Below are positions 51,316-62,658 of a stretch of DNA of 64,000 bases, piece by piece. This DNA comes from an uncultured Martelella sp. (GTDB taxonomy: Bacteria > Pseudomonadota > Alphaproteobacteria > Rhizobiales > Rhizobiaceae). The number at the start of each line of letters is the position of its first letter. Positions within the stretch are counted from its first letter, which is position 1. The position numbers were made by a program, and so were the translations under genes. Location: assembly GCA_963676545.2 (NCBI GenBank), contig CAXXRG010000002.1:535990-599989 (forward strand), given 5' to 3'. The notes beneath the pieces were generated by a model. The model did not search any database, was not told the DNA's origin, and worked only from the letters and a program-made list of their open reading frames with translations.

Positions 51316-52404
51316 ATGCGCTCGCCGCTCATCGATCGCCGGCGCTTTGTGAAGGCGGCAGGGGCTGCCTTCGTTGCAGGCCTGACACCGCAAGCGGCCT
51401 TCGCGCTGTCGCGCGCCGATGCGGTTTATGCCACAGGCATTCGCAAGCCCGATCGCGGTTTCGCGCTGGCGCTGATGAGCGAGGCGGGCGATTTCATCGC
51501 CGAGATCGAACTGCCCGACCGCGTCCACGGTCTCGCAGCCTCGCCCGCTACCGGTGAGGTGGCGGCTTTTGCCCGTCGGCCCGGCACCTTCATTCTGGTG
51601 TTTTCGCCGGACGGCGCAAACGGCCAGTTCATCATCAATGCCGTTGCCGACAGGCACTTCTATGGCCACGGGGCGTTTTCTCCGGATGGTCGTTTTCTCT
51701 ATGCCAGCGAGAATGACTTTGAGAACCGCCGGGGCGTGATCGGCATCTATGATCGTCGCGATGGCTATCTCAGGATCGGCGAATATCCGACCTATGGCAC
51801 CGGACCCCATGATCTGGCGGTCTCGCCGGACGGGCGTTTTCTGATCGCGGCCAATGGCGGCATCGAGACCCATCCCGATTTCGGGCGCACCAAGCTCAAT
51901 CTCGACCATATGGCGCCTTCGCTGGCGTTGATCGACGCGGCTTCCGGTTCGCTCGTCGAAAAGCATGCCTTGCCCGCCGAACTCAGCCAGCTCTCGACCC
52001 GGCATCTGGCGATTGGTGCGGAGGGCCGCGTGTGGTTTGCCTGCCAGTATGAGGGACCGCGCAATGCGCTGCCGCCGCTCGTCGGCCGGTTTGCCCCCGG
52101 CGAGGCGCTTGCCTTTGCCGAGCTGCCGGAAGACATCACCATCGGGCTTGGCAATTATGTGGGCGCCATTGCCTATAATCCGCGCGACGGGCTTATCGGC
52201 CTTTCCTCCCCGAAGGGCGAGGGAATGGTGGCAAGCCTTGACGAGGCAACCGGTCAACTGCGCTCATCGCGCCGGCTGGCCGATGCGGCGGGTATCGCTG
52301 CGGCAGACCATGGCTTTGCTGTCGGCACCTATGGCGGGTCATTCCAGGGCCGCCACCATGATGTCGCTTTCGACCAGCATATCCAGCGGCTGGTCGGGCA
52401 ATAG
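51316..52404 (+). CDS. DUF1513 family beta-propeller protein (Tat signal)
   Basis: DRRRFVK, ARRPG, FYGHGAFS, ANGGIETHPD, STRHL, QYEG. Confidence 0.85.
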   Translation: MRSPLIDRRRFVKAAGAAFVAGLTPQAAFALSRADAVYATGIRKPDRGFALALMSEAGDFIAEIELPDRVHGLAASPATGEVAAFARRPGTFILVFSPDGANGQFIINAVADRHFYGHGAFSPDGRFLYASENDFENRRGVIGIYDRRDGYLRIGEYPTYGTGPHDLAVSPDGRFLIAANGGIETHPDFGRTKLNLDHMAPSLALIDAASGSLVEKHALPAELSQLSTRHLAIGAEGRVWFACQYEGPRNALPPLVGRFAPGEALAFAELPEDITIGLGNYVGAIAYNPRDGLIGLSSPKGEGMVASLDEATGQLRSSRRLADAAGIAAADHGFAVGTYGGSFQGRHHDVAFDQHIQRLVGQ

Positions 52405-52447
52405 ACAGACTGGACAATCGCGTGTCGGGCGCTAAATCATTTTCGCC

Positions 52448-52903
52448 ATGAAAAACATTTTTATCCATGCCGTCTTCATTGCCGGCGTTGTCGTCGTTGG
52501 GTTCATCGTCGGTATCTTGAATGTGCCGGGCGAATGGTACCAGTCGCTCGCCAAACCGCCCTTCAACCCGCCAAACTGGGTCTTCGCGCCCGCCTGGAGC
52601 CTGCTTTATGTGCTGATCGGCTGGGCTGGCGCCCGGCTTTTCATTGGCCGGCCTCTGACGTCCGGCGCGCTGACGCTGTGGACGGCGCTTCTGGTTCTGA
52701 ACCTTGCCTGGTCGCCGCTGTTCTTCGGCATGGAAATGCCGGCGGCAGCGCTCGTGGTGGTGGCGGCGCTTCTTGCCGGCATCCTTCTGTTCATCGCCCG
52801 CACCTGGGGCAAGGACCGGGTGGCGGCTCTGTTTTTCGTGCCCTATGCGGCCTGGGTCGCCTTCGCGACGCTGCTCAACCTCTCGATCGTTTACCTCAAT
52901 TGA
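52448..52903 (+). CDS. tspO: TspO/MBR family membrane protein
   Basis: WYQSLAKPPFNPPNWVFAPAW, LNLAWSPLFF, PYAAWVAFATLLN. Confidence 0.9.
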   Translation: MKNIFIHAVFIAGVVVVGFIVGILNVPGEWYQSLAKPPFNPPNWVFAPAWSLLYVLIGWAGARLFIGRPLTSGALTLWTALLVLNLAWSPLFFGMEMPAAALVVVAALLAGILLFIARTWGKDRVAALFFVPYAAWVAFATLLNLSIVYLN

Positions 52904-52964
52904 TCTTTCCCGCTTGTTGGGAATAGGCGACCGTGCCAATCTTCCGGACAAGACGAGGTGAGGC

Positions 52965-53417
52965 ATGGCGAATTTCGAGCACGGCGATTTTCACGCCCGG
53001 ATCATGAACAGTTTTGCGAGCCAGGGCGCGATGGAGATGCTCGGGGCCGAGCTGACCCGCATCAGCCACGGCGTGGTCGAGATCGAGTTGCCGTTCGGCC
53101 AGAAGCTGACGCAGCAGCACGGCATTCTTCATGCCGGCGTGATTGCGACCGGGCTCGAGACCGCCTGCACCTATGCCGCCTATACGATGGTCGACACCGA
53201 CGCCTCGCTGCTCACCATCGAGTTCAAGGTCAACCTCCTGTCGCCGGGGCGGGCGGGGCGGTTCCTGTTTCGCGGCGAGGTGACCAAGCCCGGTACCAAC
53301 ATCATCGTCACCGACGGGCGCGGTTATGCGATCGGCGAGGACGGACCGGCAAAGCTGATTGCCTCGATGACCGGCACATGCATGGTCGTGCGCGACCGGG
53401 AAGGGTTTCAGGGGTAG
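52965..53417 (+). CDS. PaaI family thioesterase
   Basis: QQHGILHAG, LTIEFKVNLLSP. Confidence 0.85.
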   Translation: MANFEHGDFHARIMNSFASQGAMEMLGAELTRISHGVVEIELPFGQKLTQQHGILHAGVIATGLETACTYAAYTMVDTDASLLTIEFKVNLLSPGRAGRFLFRGEVTKPGTNIIVTDGRGYAIGEDGPAKLIASMTGTCMVVRDREGFQG

Positions 53418-54047
53418 ATGCTCGATCAGGTAGCCGGCAAACCCGTTCTCTTCGTCATGGCGGCCGAGGCCGAGTATGGCGAGAGGCTGAAAGCGCGGAT
53501 TTCGCCGCTGATGGCGGGCGTTGGCCCGGTCGAGGCCGCGATATCGCTGACCAAGGCGCTGACGGTATTCGCCGCAGCGGGCAGGCAGCCAGCGCTGGTT
53601 GTTTCACTGGGGTCGGCGGGGTCTTCGACGCTAGAGCAGACGGAGATCTATCAGGCGGCCTCCGTTTCCTATCGCGATATGGATGCCTCGCCGCTCGGTT
53701 TCGAGAAAGGGCGGACGCCGTTTCTGACTATCCCGGCAGAAGTGCCCTTGCCGTTCTCTATCCCCGGCCTGCCGTCCGCGCGTCTTTCAACCGGCGCCAA
53801 TATCGTCTCGGGCGCGGCCTATGACGGGGTCGATGCCGATATGGTCGACATGGAGACTTTTGCGATTTTGCGGTCTTGTCAGCTCTTCGGCGTGCCGTTG
53901 GTTGGCCTTCGCGGTATTTCCGATGGCCGGGAAGAACTCAAACATGTCGATGACTGGACCCAATATCTCCATATCATCGATGAAAAACTCAGCCATGCCG
54001 TCGATCGGCTGGAAAGCGCCATTGAAACGGGCGCGATTCCCCTCTAA
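53418..54047 (+). CDS. 5'-methylthioadenosine/SAH nucleosidase family protein
   Basis: GVGPVEAA, SLGSAGS, LSTGANIVSG, VDMET, RGISDG. Confidence 0.85.
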   Translation: MLDQVAGKPVLFVMAAEAEYGERLKARISPLMAGVGPVEAAISLTKALTVFAAAGRQPALVVSLGSAGSSTLEQTEIYQAASVSYRDMDASPLGFEKGRTPFLTIPAEVPLPFSIPGLPSARLSTGANIVSGAAYDGVDADMVDMETFAILRSCQLFGVPLVGLRGISDGREELKHVDDWTQYLHIIDEKLSHAVDRLESAIETGAIPL

Positions 54048-54084
54048 ACGCAGCTTTTAGCTTTCATTGAGCGGAAGGCCTCCC

Positions 54085-55650
<1,566 letters not shown>

Positions 55651-55815
55651 TTCAGGCCCATCAGAACATCGCCGATGTTGCGCTGAAATAAGATCTAACC
55701 AACTGAAAATAAAAATAAATTCCTTCTATGCCTATCGGCGTCTATCGGTGGGCATAGATCGCGTTTGGCAGCCTCGCTGACGGGCCTCGCCCCCATTGAT
55801 CAAACGGAAAAACGA

Positions 55816-55925
55816 AAGTACCTTCAGGAGTAATGAGGCTTCTGACGGTACTTTTTTTGATCTACGACGCTGAATTAAAATTGTTTTCGACGCCGCCAGC
55901 CTCCAAAAACCGCGTGACGGTACTT
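55816..55925. repeat. Three copies of TGACGGTACTT, candidate integrase arm-binding sites
   Basis: Direct copies at 55843-55853 and 55915-55925; inverted copy AAGTACCTTCA (one mismatch) at 55816-55826. Confidence 0.6.
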
Positions 55926-55944
55926 CTCCGTGAGGAGGCCCGAA

Positions 55945-57201
55945 ATGTTGACCGATGCAGCGCTTAAGTGTCTGAAACCAAAAGTCAAAATGTACGAGGT
56001 ATCCGATCGTGACGGCATGTATGTGCGCGTCATGCCGTCGGGTGCCATCTCGTTCAGGCTCGACTATCGGCTGAATGGCAGGCGAGAGACCGTCTATCTC
56101 GGTAGGTATGCCCGTGACGGAATATCGTTCGCCAGGGCTCGCGAGCTATGCATCGACGCACGGCGCGCAATTGCCGAGGGGCGGTCTCCTGCCATTGAGA
56201 AGCAGCGGGAGAAGCGCCGGATCAAGGAAGCGAAGAGTTTCGGTCAGTTCGGAGAGAAGTGGCTGACGAACGCAACCATGGCCGACAGTACGCGCGCGAT
56301 GCGTCGCTCCATCTTCGAGCGCGAACTCATGCCCGTCTGGCGCAATCGTCTTCTGACGGAGATCACGCCTGATGACCTGCGTGCCCACTGCGGCAAGATC
56401 GTCGAACGAGGTGCGCCTGCAACGGCTATCCATGTGCGGGATATCCTGAAGCAGATCTACAGCTATGCCATTCTGCACGGCGAGAAGGTCGTCAATCCGG
56501 CCGATGACGTCGGTCCGGCTTCAATCGCCACCTTTACGCCGAAAGACCGCGCATTGTCGCCCGCCGAGATCCGCATCATGTTCAAGCAACTCGAGCATGT
56601 CGCGACGCTGCCAACGATCCGCCTCGGTATGAAGCTCTTCCTGCTGACCATGGTCCGAAAGAGCGAGCTGCAGGACGCGGTGTGGGACGAGATCGATTTC
56701 GACAACGCTGTCTGGACGATACCAAAGGAGCGCATGAAGCGGTCGAAGCCGCACAACGTCTACCTGTGCCGACAGACATTGGACATCATGATCGCGCTCA
56801 AAGCCTGCTCCGGCAACTCCCGATATCTTCTGCCGTCCCGGTACGACGCTGATGCTCCCATGTCCCGCGCGACCTTTAACCGTATCACCTATGCTGTCGT
56901 CGCACAGGCCAAGAAGGAGGGGGTGCCGCTGGAGCCGTTCACCGTGCACGATCTGCGGCGCACCGGGTCGACGCTGCTAAACGAATTGGGCTTTAACAGC
57001 GATTGGATCGAAAAGTGCTTGGCGCACGAGGACGGGCGCTCATCGCGCGGCGTTTACAACAAGGCCGAGTATGAAGTGCAGCGCCGGCATATGATGCAGC
57101 AGTGGGCGGATACTGTGGATGCCTGGATCGGCGGTCGTAAGTACGCTCCCACGCTTTTGCCGCAAGCTATGCCCTTGATGGAGCTTGATCCTGCCCTTTG
57201 A
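55945..57201 (+). CDS. P4-like tyrosine integrase with N-terminal arm-binding domain
   Basis: MLTDAALKCLKPK, DRDGMYVRV, VRKSEL, HDLRRT, LAH, GVYNKAEY; RBS GAGGAGG. Confidence 0.93.
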   Translation: MLTDAALKCLKPKVKMYEVSDRDGMYVRVMPSGAISFRLDYRLNGRRETVYLGRYARDGISFARARELCIDARRAIAEGRSPAIEKQREKRRIKEAKSFGQFGEKWLTNATMADSTRAMRRSIFERELMPVWRNRLLTEITPDDLRAHCGKIVERGAPATAIHVRDILKQIYSYAILHGEKVVNPADDVGPASIATFTPKDRALSPAEIRIMFKQLEHVATLPTIRLGMKLFLLTMVRKSELQDAVWDEIDFDNAVWTIPKERMKRSKPHNVYLCRQTLDIMIALKACSGNSRYLLPSRYDADAPMSRATFNRITYAVVAQAKKEGVPLEPFTVHDLRRTGSTLLNELGFNSDWIEKCLAHEDGRSSRGVYNKAEYEVQRRHMMQQWADTVDAWIGGRKYAPTLLPQAMPLMELDPAL

Positions 57202-57442
57202 CGGGGCGGGTTTTACGCTTGGTGACATCGGGGTGTTGGGCGCGCCGGATCGGCGCAGCCCGCCGTGCCATCAGCCAAGCCTCGACTTCTGCAAGGTCCC
57301 AAACGACACAACGCGGAGAGAGCGCAAACCGACGGGGAAACTCGCCACGTTGCTCCATTTCATAAATGGTGCTGTCAGCCAGGGGGACCATTTCACGTAG
57401 CTGCTGGCGCCGAATCGTTCGACGAGAAGCTGGAGTATTCAT
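57167..57442 (-). CDS. alpA: AlpA-family regulator / excisionase
   Basis: VPLADSTIYEMEQRGEFPRRFALSPRCVVWDLAEVEAW; RBS GGAGG; overlaps integrase 3' end by 35 bp. Confidence 0.88.
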   Translation of the reverse strand: MNTPASRRTIRRQQLREMVPLADSTIYEMEQRGEFPRRFALSPRCVVWDLAEVEAWLMARRAAPIRRAQHPDVTKRKTRPVKGQDQAPSRA

Positions 57443-57638
57443 TCTATGTCCTCCGATCATCGTGAGAACCATAGAAAGCGATAGAAGCTGAATGTGAAAA
57501 GTCCTTGCGGGCGCTTGTGCGGTGATTTCGCGCTATGTCGTGCAAATCGGATTGGTCTTGGAAGACACACATCCCATAACCGTTCAGAAGACAGCGAGTT
57601 ATCAATAGCTGTTGATGGTTTGTTGTGCACAATGCAAC

Positions 57639-58110
57639 CAGGCAGTCTTCGGGCGAGAATGTCCACTGCCCGGACAATCTACCCCTCGTCCAGCGCCGCA
57701 TAGCCGAGGCGAAGGGCTTGGGGGGGGGGCGCCAGAGCGAAACGCGTTCCGGACAGCAGCGCAAGTCCGGCCGCGTCGGCACGCTCCGCCCAGGTGTAGG
57801 CTGAAATGTTCAAGCCTCGCAGTCACAGGAGCCGCCCGCCTGCAGGGCTTTCGAAGATAATCGCCCGCCCAAATGCGCCGACAGCGCCGTCGCCAGGACA
57901 TCGCGGCGGCCCGGTAAATGCGACGGGCGTGCCGGGCATGGTGGCCGCCATGCAGCCAAGCAGCGACTCCGGGGTCATGGCATAGCCGAGGCGAATGCCG
58001 GGCGAGAGCAGTTTGGAGAGCGAGCCCACATAGATCAGCGGCAGGTTTGGCGGTGCCCGCGCCGCAAGTCAGGGCGTCCCTCGCAGCGGCACTCGTGATT
58101 CGGGTCCAAT
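57639..58110 (-). pseudogene. Decayed 3' part of a MocR-family gene, paralogous to 60456-61871
   Basis: 57976-58040 matches 60885-60949 at 63/65 nt; fragments GSLSKLLSPGIRLGYAM and DILARRLPG; 82-bp deletion and a G10 run disrupt the frame. Confidence 0.85.
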
Positions 58111-58146
58111 TCGAGCTGCTCACATCGACTTCATATGTGACATCGA

Positions 58147-58156
58147 TTATCTATAA
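58147..58156. promoter_or_regulatory. BioR box upstream of bioR
   Basis: TTATCTATAA fits TTATMKATAA exactly, 3 nt before the ATG. Confidence 0.85.
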
Positions 58157-58159
58157 TCC

Positions 58160-58828
58160 ATGACAAAAGAGACCGACGAGACCATTTCCGACCGGATCGC
58201 GCGCATTCTCGCGGATCGGATCATATCGGGCGCGATCCGGCCCGGCGCGCGGCTGCGGCAGGATCATGTCGCGACGGAGTTCGGCGCCAGCCACGTGCCG
58301 GTACGCGAAGCTTTTCGCGCACTGCAAAAGCAGGGGCTGGCGGAGAGCGAGCCCTGGCGCGGGTTCCGCGTCACAGAGTTCGATATCGCCGAATTGCGCG
58401 AGGTCGCCGAAATGCGGGCGAGCCTCGAATCGCTCGCCCTGCGTCATGCCGCGCCAAGCCTGACGCGGGCAATTCTCGATGAAGCAGAAGAGGTTACCCG
58501 GCATGGCGATCGCGCCGGCAATGTCCGCGACTGGGAGGCCGCGAACCGCAGATTTCATCATCTGATCCTGGCGCCGTGCCACATGCCGCGCCTGCTGCGC
58601 ACGATCGACGACTTGCAGGCGGCGAGCGCACGCTTCCTGTTTGCCGCGTGGCGCAGCGACTGGGAGGCGCGCACAGACCACGACCACCGCGCCATCCTCG
58701 ATGCCCTGCGGAAGGGTCAAACCGAGTTTGCCTGTTCAACGCTAGCACGCCATGTCGGCTGGATCGGCAAGCGCAAGCCGACATCAAAAAATGCCGATAT
58801 CAGAGAGACTTATGAGATTCCTGGCTGA
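58160..58828 (+). CDS. bioR: GntR-family biotin regulator BioR
   Basis: GntR HTH (LRQDHVATEFGASHVPVREAF) plus FCD domain; flanked by BioR boxes and adjacent to bioY-bioB. Confidence 0.85.
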   Translation: MTKETDETISDRIARILADRIISGAIRPGARLRQDHVATEFGASHVPVREAFRALQKQGLAESEPWRGFRVTEFDIAELREVAEMRASLESLALRHAAPSLTRAILDEAEEVTRHGDRAGNVRDWEAANRRFHHLILAPCHMPRLLRTIDDLQAASARFLFAAWRSDWEARTDHDHRAILDALRKGQTEFACSTLARHVGWIGKRKPTSKNADIRETYEIPG

Positions 58829-58880
58829 TTATCTATAATTTGCATTGATCACATGGAATTGACTCCGGAATTATAGATAG
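58829..58880. promoter_or_regulatory. Two BioR boxes upstream of bioY-bioB
   Basis: TTATCTATAA (58829-58838) and TTATAGATAG (58871-58880, 9/10). Confidence 0.82.
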
Positions 58881-58910
58881 CGTCGAAACCTATCTTCGGA
58901 GAACAGCCTC

Positions 58911-59468
58911 ATGGCCTTGCTCACCCCCTCCCTGACCCGCCCGGCATCGCTCTGGCGCGGTGTCGCCCTCACGCTTTTCGGCGCGGTGCTGATCACGATC
59001 GGCGCCAAGGTGCAGATCCCGTTTTGGCCCGTGCCGATGACGCTGCACACGCTCGCGGTGTTCTTTCTGGCCGCGGCGCTCGGTCCCCGTCTCGGCTTTG
59101 CAGCCATGGCCGCCTATCTCGCCGCCGGGGCGGTGGGCCTTCCGGTATTTTCCGGCTCGCCGGCGCGCGGGATCGGACTTGCCTACATGGCGGGGCCGAC
59201 CGGCGGCTATCTGCTGGGCTACCTGCTCTCGAACCTCGTGATCGGCAGGCTGGCCGAAGGAAATGGCCCGATGCGGCTGGCGCTGGAGATGCTCGCAGGT
59301 CTCGCCGTGGTCTATGCCTTCGGCCTGGCATGGCTCGCATTGTTCGTGCCGGCCTCTGGCCTGATCACCGCCGGCCTCGCCCCGTTCATCCTCGGCGATC
59401 TGATCAAGATCGCGCTGGCGGTCTCCCTGATCATCGGCCTCGGCCGCCTCAAGGGTCGCGCGGCATGA
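58911..59468 (+). CDS. bioY: Biotin transporter BioY
   Basis: [36 protein letters not shown]. Confidence 0.93.
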   Translation: MALLTPSLTRPASLWRGVALTLFGAVLITIGAKVQIPFWPVPMTLHTLAVFFLAAALGPRLGFAAMAAYLAAGAVGLPVFSGSPARGIGLAYMAGPTGGYLLGYLLSNLVIGRLAEGNGPMRLALEMLAGLAVVYAFGLAWLALFVPASGLITAGLAPFILGDLIKIALAVSLIIGLGRLKGRAA

Positions 59469-60454
59469 TCGGCGCCAAGATCAGAACCGACTGGACCATG
59501 GACGAGGCGCGGGCGATCCACGCCCTTCCGTTTCCCGACCTGATCCACCGGGCGCAGTCCCTGCACCGCGCCCATTTCGACCCGACCGCGATCGAGACGG
59601 CGAGCCTCTTGAGCATCAAAACCGGCGGCTGCCCGGAGGATTGCGGCTACTGCTCGCAATCGGCCCACCACCAGACCGGCGTGAAGGCGACGAAGCTGAT
59701 GGCGACCGAAGATGTGCTGGAAGCCGCCCGGCGCGCGAGGGAGGCGGGCGCGCAGCGTTTCTGCATGGGGGCTGCCTGGCGCAGCCCCAAGGACCGCGAT
59801 ATGGACAGGCTCTGCGCCATGGTGCAGGGCGTGTCCGAACTCGGGCTCGAAACCTGTATGACGCTCGGCATGCTGAAACCGGATCAGGTGGCGCGGCTGA
59901 AGGCGTCCGGGCTCGATTTCTACAACCACAATATCGATACCTCGCCGGACTATTATCGCGAGATCGCCACCACGCGGACGATGGCGGACCGGCTGGAGAC
60001 GGTCGAGCATGTCCGCAAGGGCGGCATCAGGGTCTGCTGTGGCGGCATAGTCGGCATGGGCGAGACGGAAGAGGATCGCATCGCCATGCTGGTGACGCTC
60101 GCGACGCTGCCAGCCCATCCCGACAGCGTGCCGGTCAACCTGTGGAACCCAGTCGAGGGCGTGCCGGTACAAGAGACAGCAAGGCCGGTCGATCCGTTCT
60201 CGCTCGTCCGGCTCGTGGCGCTCGCGCGCACCCTGATGCCGGCCTCTGTGGTGCGGCTTTCCGCTGGCCGCACGGGGATGAGCGACGAGTTGCAGGCGCT
60301 CTGCTTCCTTGCCGGCGCGAATTCCATTTTCGTCGGCGATCAGTTGCTGACCACCGACAACCCCGCGGCCTGGAAGGACCACGACCTGTTGCAACGGCTC
60401 GGCATGCATGTGGCGCCCGCCAGGCCTCACGACACCGCCATGGCGGCCGAGTAG
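59465..60454 (+). CDS. bioB: Biotin synthase
   Basis: [56 protein letters not shown]. Confidence 0.97.
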   Translation: MIGAKIRTDWTMDEARAIHALPFPDLIHRAQSLHRAHFDPTAIETASLLSIKTGGCPEDCGYCSQSAHHQTGVKATKLMATEDVLEAARRAREAGAQRFCMGAAWRSPKDRDMDRLCAMVQGVSELGLETCMTLGMLKPDQVARLKASGLDFYNHNIDTSPDYYREIATTRTMADRLETVEHVRKGGIRVCCGGIVGMGETEEDRIAMLVTLATLPAHPDSVPVNLWNPVEGVPVQETARPVDPFSLVRLVALARTLMPASVVRLSAGRTGMSDELQALCFLAGANSIFVGDQLLTTDNPAAWKDHDLLQRLGMHVAPARPHDTAMAAE

Positions 60455-60455
60455 C

Positions 60456-61871
60456 TCAATCAGGCAAGCTTCGGGCGAGGATATCCACCGCCCGGGCAAT
60501 CTGCCCCTCGTCAAGCGCCGCATAGCCGAGACGAAGGGCCTGCGGTGCGCCGCGATCAAGGGCGAAGCGTGTTCCGGGCAGCAGCGCAAGCCCGGCCGCA
60601 CCGGCCCGCTTCGCCCAGGTGTCGGCGGAGACGTCCACGCATCGCAGCCACAGCGCCAGCCCGCCCGCAGGGCTGTCGAACATGATCCGCCCGCCCAGAT
60701 GCGCCGACAGAGCAGACGCCAGGACGTCGCGCCGGGCCCGATAGATGCGACGGGCCTTCCGCGCATGGCGGCCGAGATCGCCGTCGCGGATCAGGTCCGC
60801 CAGCGCGGCCTCAAGCGGCGCGTCACCCTGCCGGTCGATGGCCGCACGGGCGGCCGCCATGCGGCCCAGCAGCGGCTCGGGGGCCATGGCATAGCCGAGG
60901 CGAATACCGGGCGAGAGCAGTTTGGAGAGCGAGCCCACGTAGATCAGCGACATATCTGCCGGGGCGCGGGCCGCAAGCGGCAGGACCGGGCGCCCCTCGA
61001 AACGGTACTCGTGATCGTAATCATCCTCGATCAGCGTGATGCCGTGACGCTCGACGGCGTCCAGAAGCTGCAGCCGCCGCGCCGCGCCCATGGTGACCGT
61101 GGTCGGATACTGGTGATGGGGCGTGACATAGACCGCCGCGATGCGCGGATCGCTTTCAATCGCCGCCTCAAGGGCGGCGACCGACAGCCCGCCCGCATCG
61201 ACGGGAACGCCCCGGACGGCAGCGCCTGCGGCCCGGAAGGCCTCCCAGGCCAGCGGGTAGCCGGGTTCTTCCACGGCAATCGCCTGACCGGGTTTCACCG
61301 CCGCCCTGGCCGCCAGGAACAGCGCCATCTGGCTGCCGCGCGTGATCAGCAGCCGTGCCGGATCGGCGACCACGCCCCGGTCCGTGGCGAGATAGGACGA
61401 CAGCGCGTGACGCAGGACCGGCGTGCCCCGGGCATCGCCATAATCCGCGCCGCCGCGGAAGGCCGGCGACAGCAATGCCCGGCGGAAGGCGCGCGCCAGC
61501 GCCTTGTCCGGCACCAGCCTGGGATCGGGAGCGCCGTCGCTGAAGGCGAGATGCGGGCGGGCGGTTGCGGGCTCTCTGGGCACGGACACCGAAACCGGCT
61601 CCGCCATGCTTTCGGGCAGATCCTCGGCGACGAATGTGCCGCGAGCGGGTTCGGCATGGAGCCAGCCCTGCGTCATGAGCTCCTGATAGGCCGCGTCAAC
61701 CGTATTGCGGTGAACGCCGAGCTCACGCGCCAGCGCCCGCGTTCCCGGCAGGCGAACGCCGGGCTTCAGGCGGCCACGCATGATGTCGCGGGTGATCGCG
61801 TCGGCGATCGCCAGAAACAGCGGGCCGGAAGGCTCCTTCTCGATATCCAGCGCAAGCGGTTCCGATGCCAT
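60456..61871 (-). CDS. MocR/PdxR-family regulator (GntR HTH + PLP aminotransferase-like domain)
   Basis: RLPGTRALARELGVHRNTV, AVEEPGY, YVTPHHQYPT, IEDDYDHEY, GSLSKLL. Start re-picked at MASEPL. Confidence 0.92.
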   Translation of the reverse strand: MASEPLALDIEKEPSGPLFLAIADAITRDIMRGRLKPGVRLPGTRALARELGVHRNTVDAAYQELMTQGWLHAEPARGTFVAEDLPESMAEPVSVSVPREPATARPHLAFSDGAPDPRLVPDKALARAFRRALLSPAFRGGADYGDARGTPVLRHALSSYLATDRGVVADPARLLITRGSQMALFLAARAAVKPGQAIAVEEPGYPLAWEAFRAAGAAVRGVPVDAGGLSVAALEAAIESDPRIAAVYVTPHHQYPTTVTMGAARRLQLLDAVERHGITLIEDDYDHEYRFEGRPVLPLAARAPADMSLIYVGSLSKLLSPGIRLGYAMAPEPLLGRMAAARAAIDRQGDAPLEAALADLIRDGDLGRHARKARRIYRARRDVLASALSAHLGGRIMFDSPAGGLALWLRCVDVSADTWAKRAGAAGLALLPGTRFALDRGAPQALRLGYAALDEGQIARAVDILARSLPD

Positions 61872-61959
61872 GACAACCGGCCTATCCAAAGTTTCAGAAC
61901 TGGCACTTTTGTTCAGGCCGGATATTCGCGAGACACCTGGAAAAACGCAAGAGGTCCCC

Positions 61960-62658
61960 ATGTCGAAATCCGCCCTGATTCTGCGCCATCTCGCTTTCGA
62001 GGACCTTGGCAGCTTTGACCCGGTGCTTGAGGAAGAAGGCTACCGGCTCATCCATGCCGAAGCTGGCATCGATGCCTTGCCGGATTCGCGCGACTCCGAT
62101 CTCGTGGTGGTGCTCGGCGGCCCGATCGGGGTGAATGACGCCGATGCTTATCCCTGCATGAAGACAGAGCGCGACTGGCTGGCACCGCGTCTGGCTGGCC
62201 GCCGCCCGACGCTCGGGATCTGCCTTGGCGCGCAGCTCATGGCGGCGGCGTTCGGCGCGAGGGTCGCCCCGATGCCGCGCAAGGAAATCGGCTTTTCCGC
62301 TCTAACGCTGACGGAGGCAGGCATCAACAGCCCGCTTCGTCACCTGCGGGATGTGCCCGTTCTCCACTGGCACGGCGAAGCCTTCGAGATCCCGGATGGA
62401 GCGGACAGTCTCGCAGGAACTGCGGCCTCAGCGACGCAGGCCTTTGCCATGGGCGCAACTGTTCTGGCGCTGCAATTCCACCCCGAAGCAGGCGAACTGC
62501 CCGCCTTCGAGCGCTGGCTCATCGGCCACAGCGTGGAACTGGCTGAGGCCGGCATCGATCCGGCCAGCCTGCGCCGCGACGCCATCGCGCATGGCCCGGC
62601 GCTGAGGCAGGCCGGCCAATCCATGCTCCGGGCATGGCTGCGGGATCTGCCGGCATGA
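61960..62658 (+). CDS. Class I glutamine amidotransferase-like protein
   Basis: VLGGPIG, GICLGAQL, HWHGE, QFHPE (Cys-His-Glu triad). Confidence 0.9.
   Translation: MSKSALILRHLAFEDLGSFDPVLEEEGYRLIHAEAGIDALPDSRDSDLVVVLGGPIGVNDADAYPCMKTERDWLAPRLAGRRPTLGICLGAQLMAAAFGARVAPMPRKEIGFSALTLTEAGINSPLRHLRDVPVLHWHGEAFEIPDGADSLAGTAASATQAFAMGATVLALQFHPEAGELPAFERWLIGHSVELAEAGIDPASLRRDAIAHGPALRQAGQSMLRAWLRDLPA

Noticed and set aside
61877-61921. CCGGCCT...AGGCCGG inverted repeat as a MocR operator
   Set aside because: Only 7 bp and GC-rich, so likely by chance in this genome.
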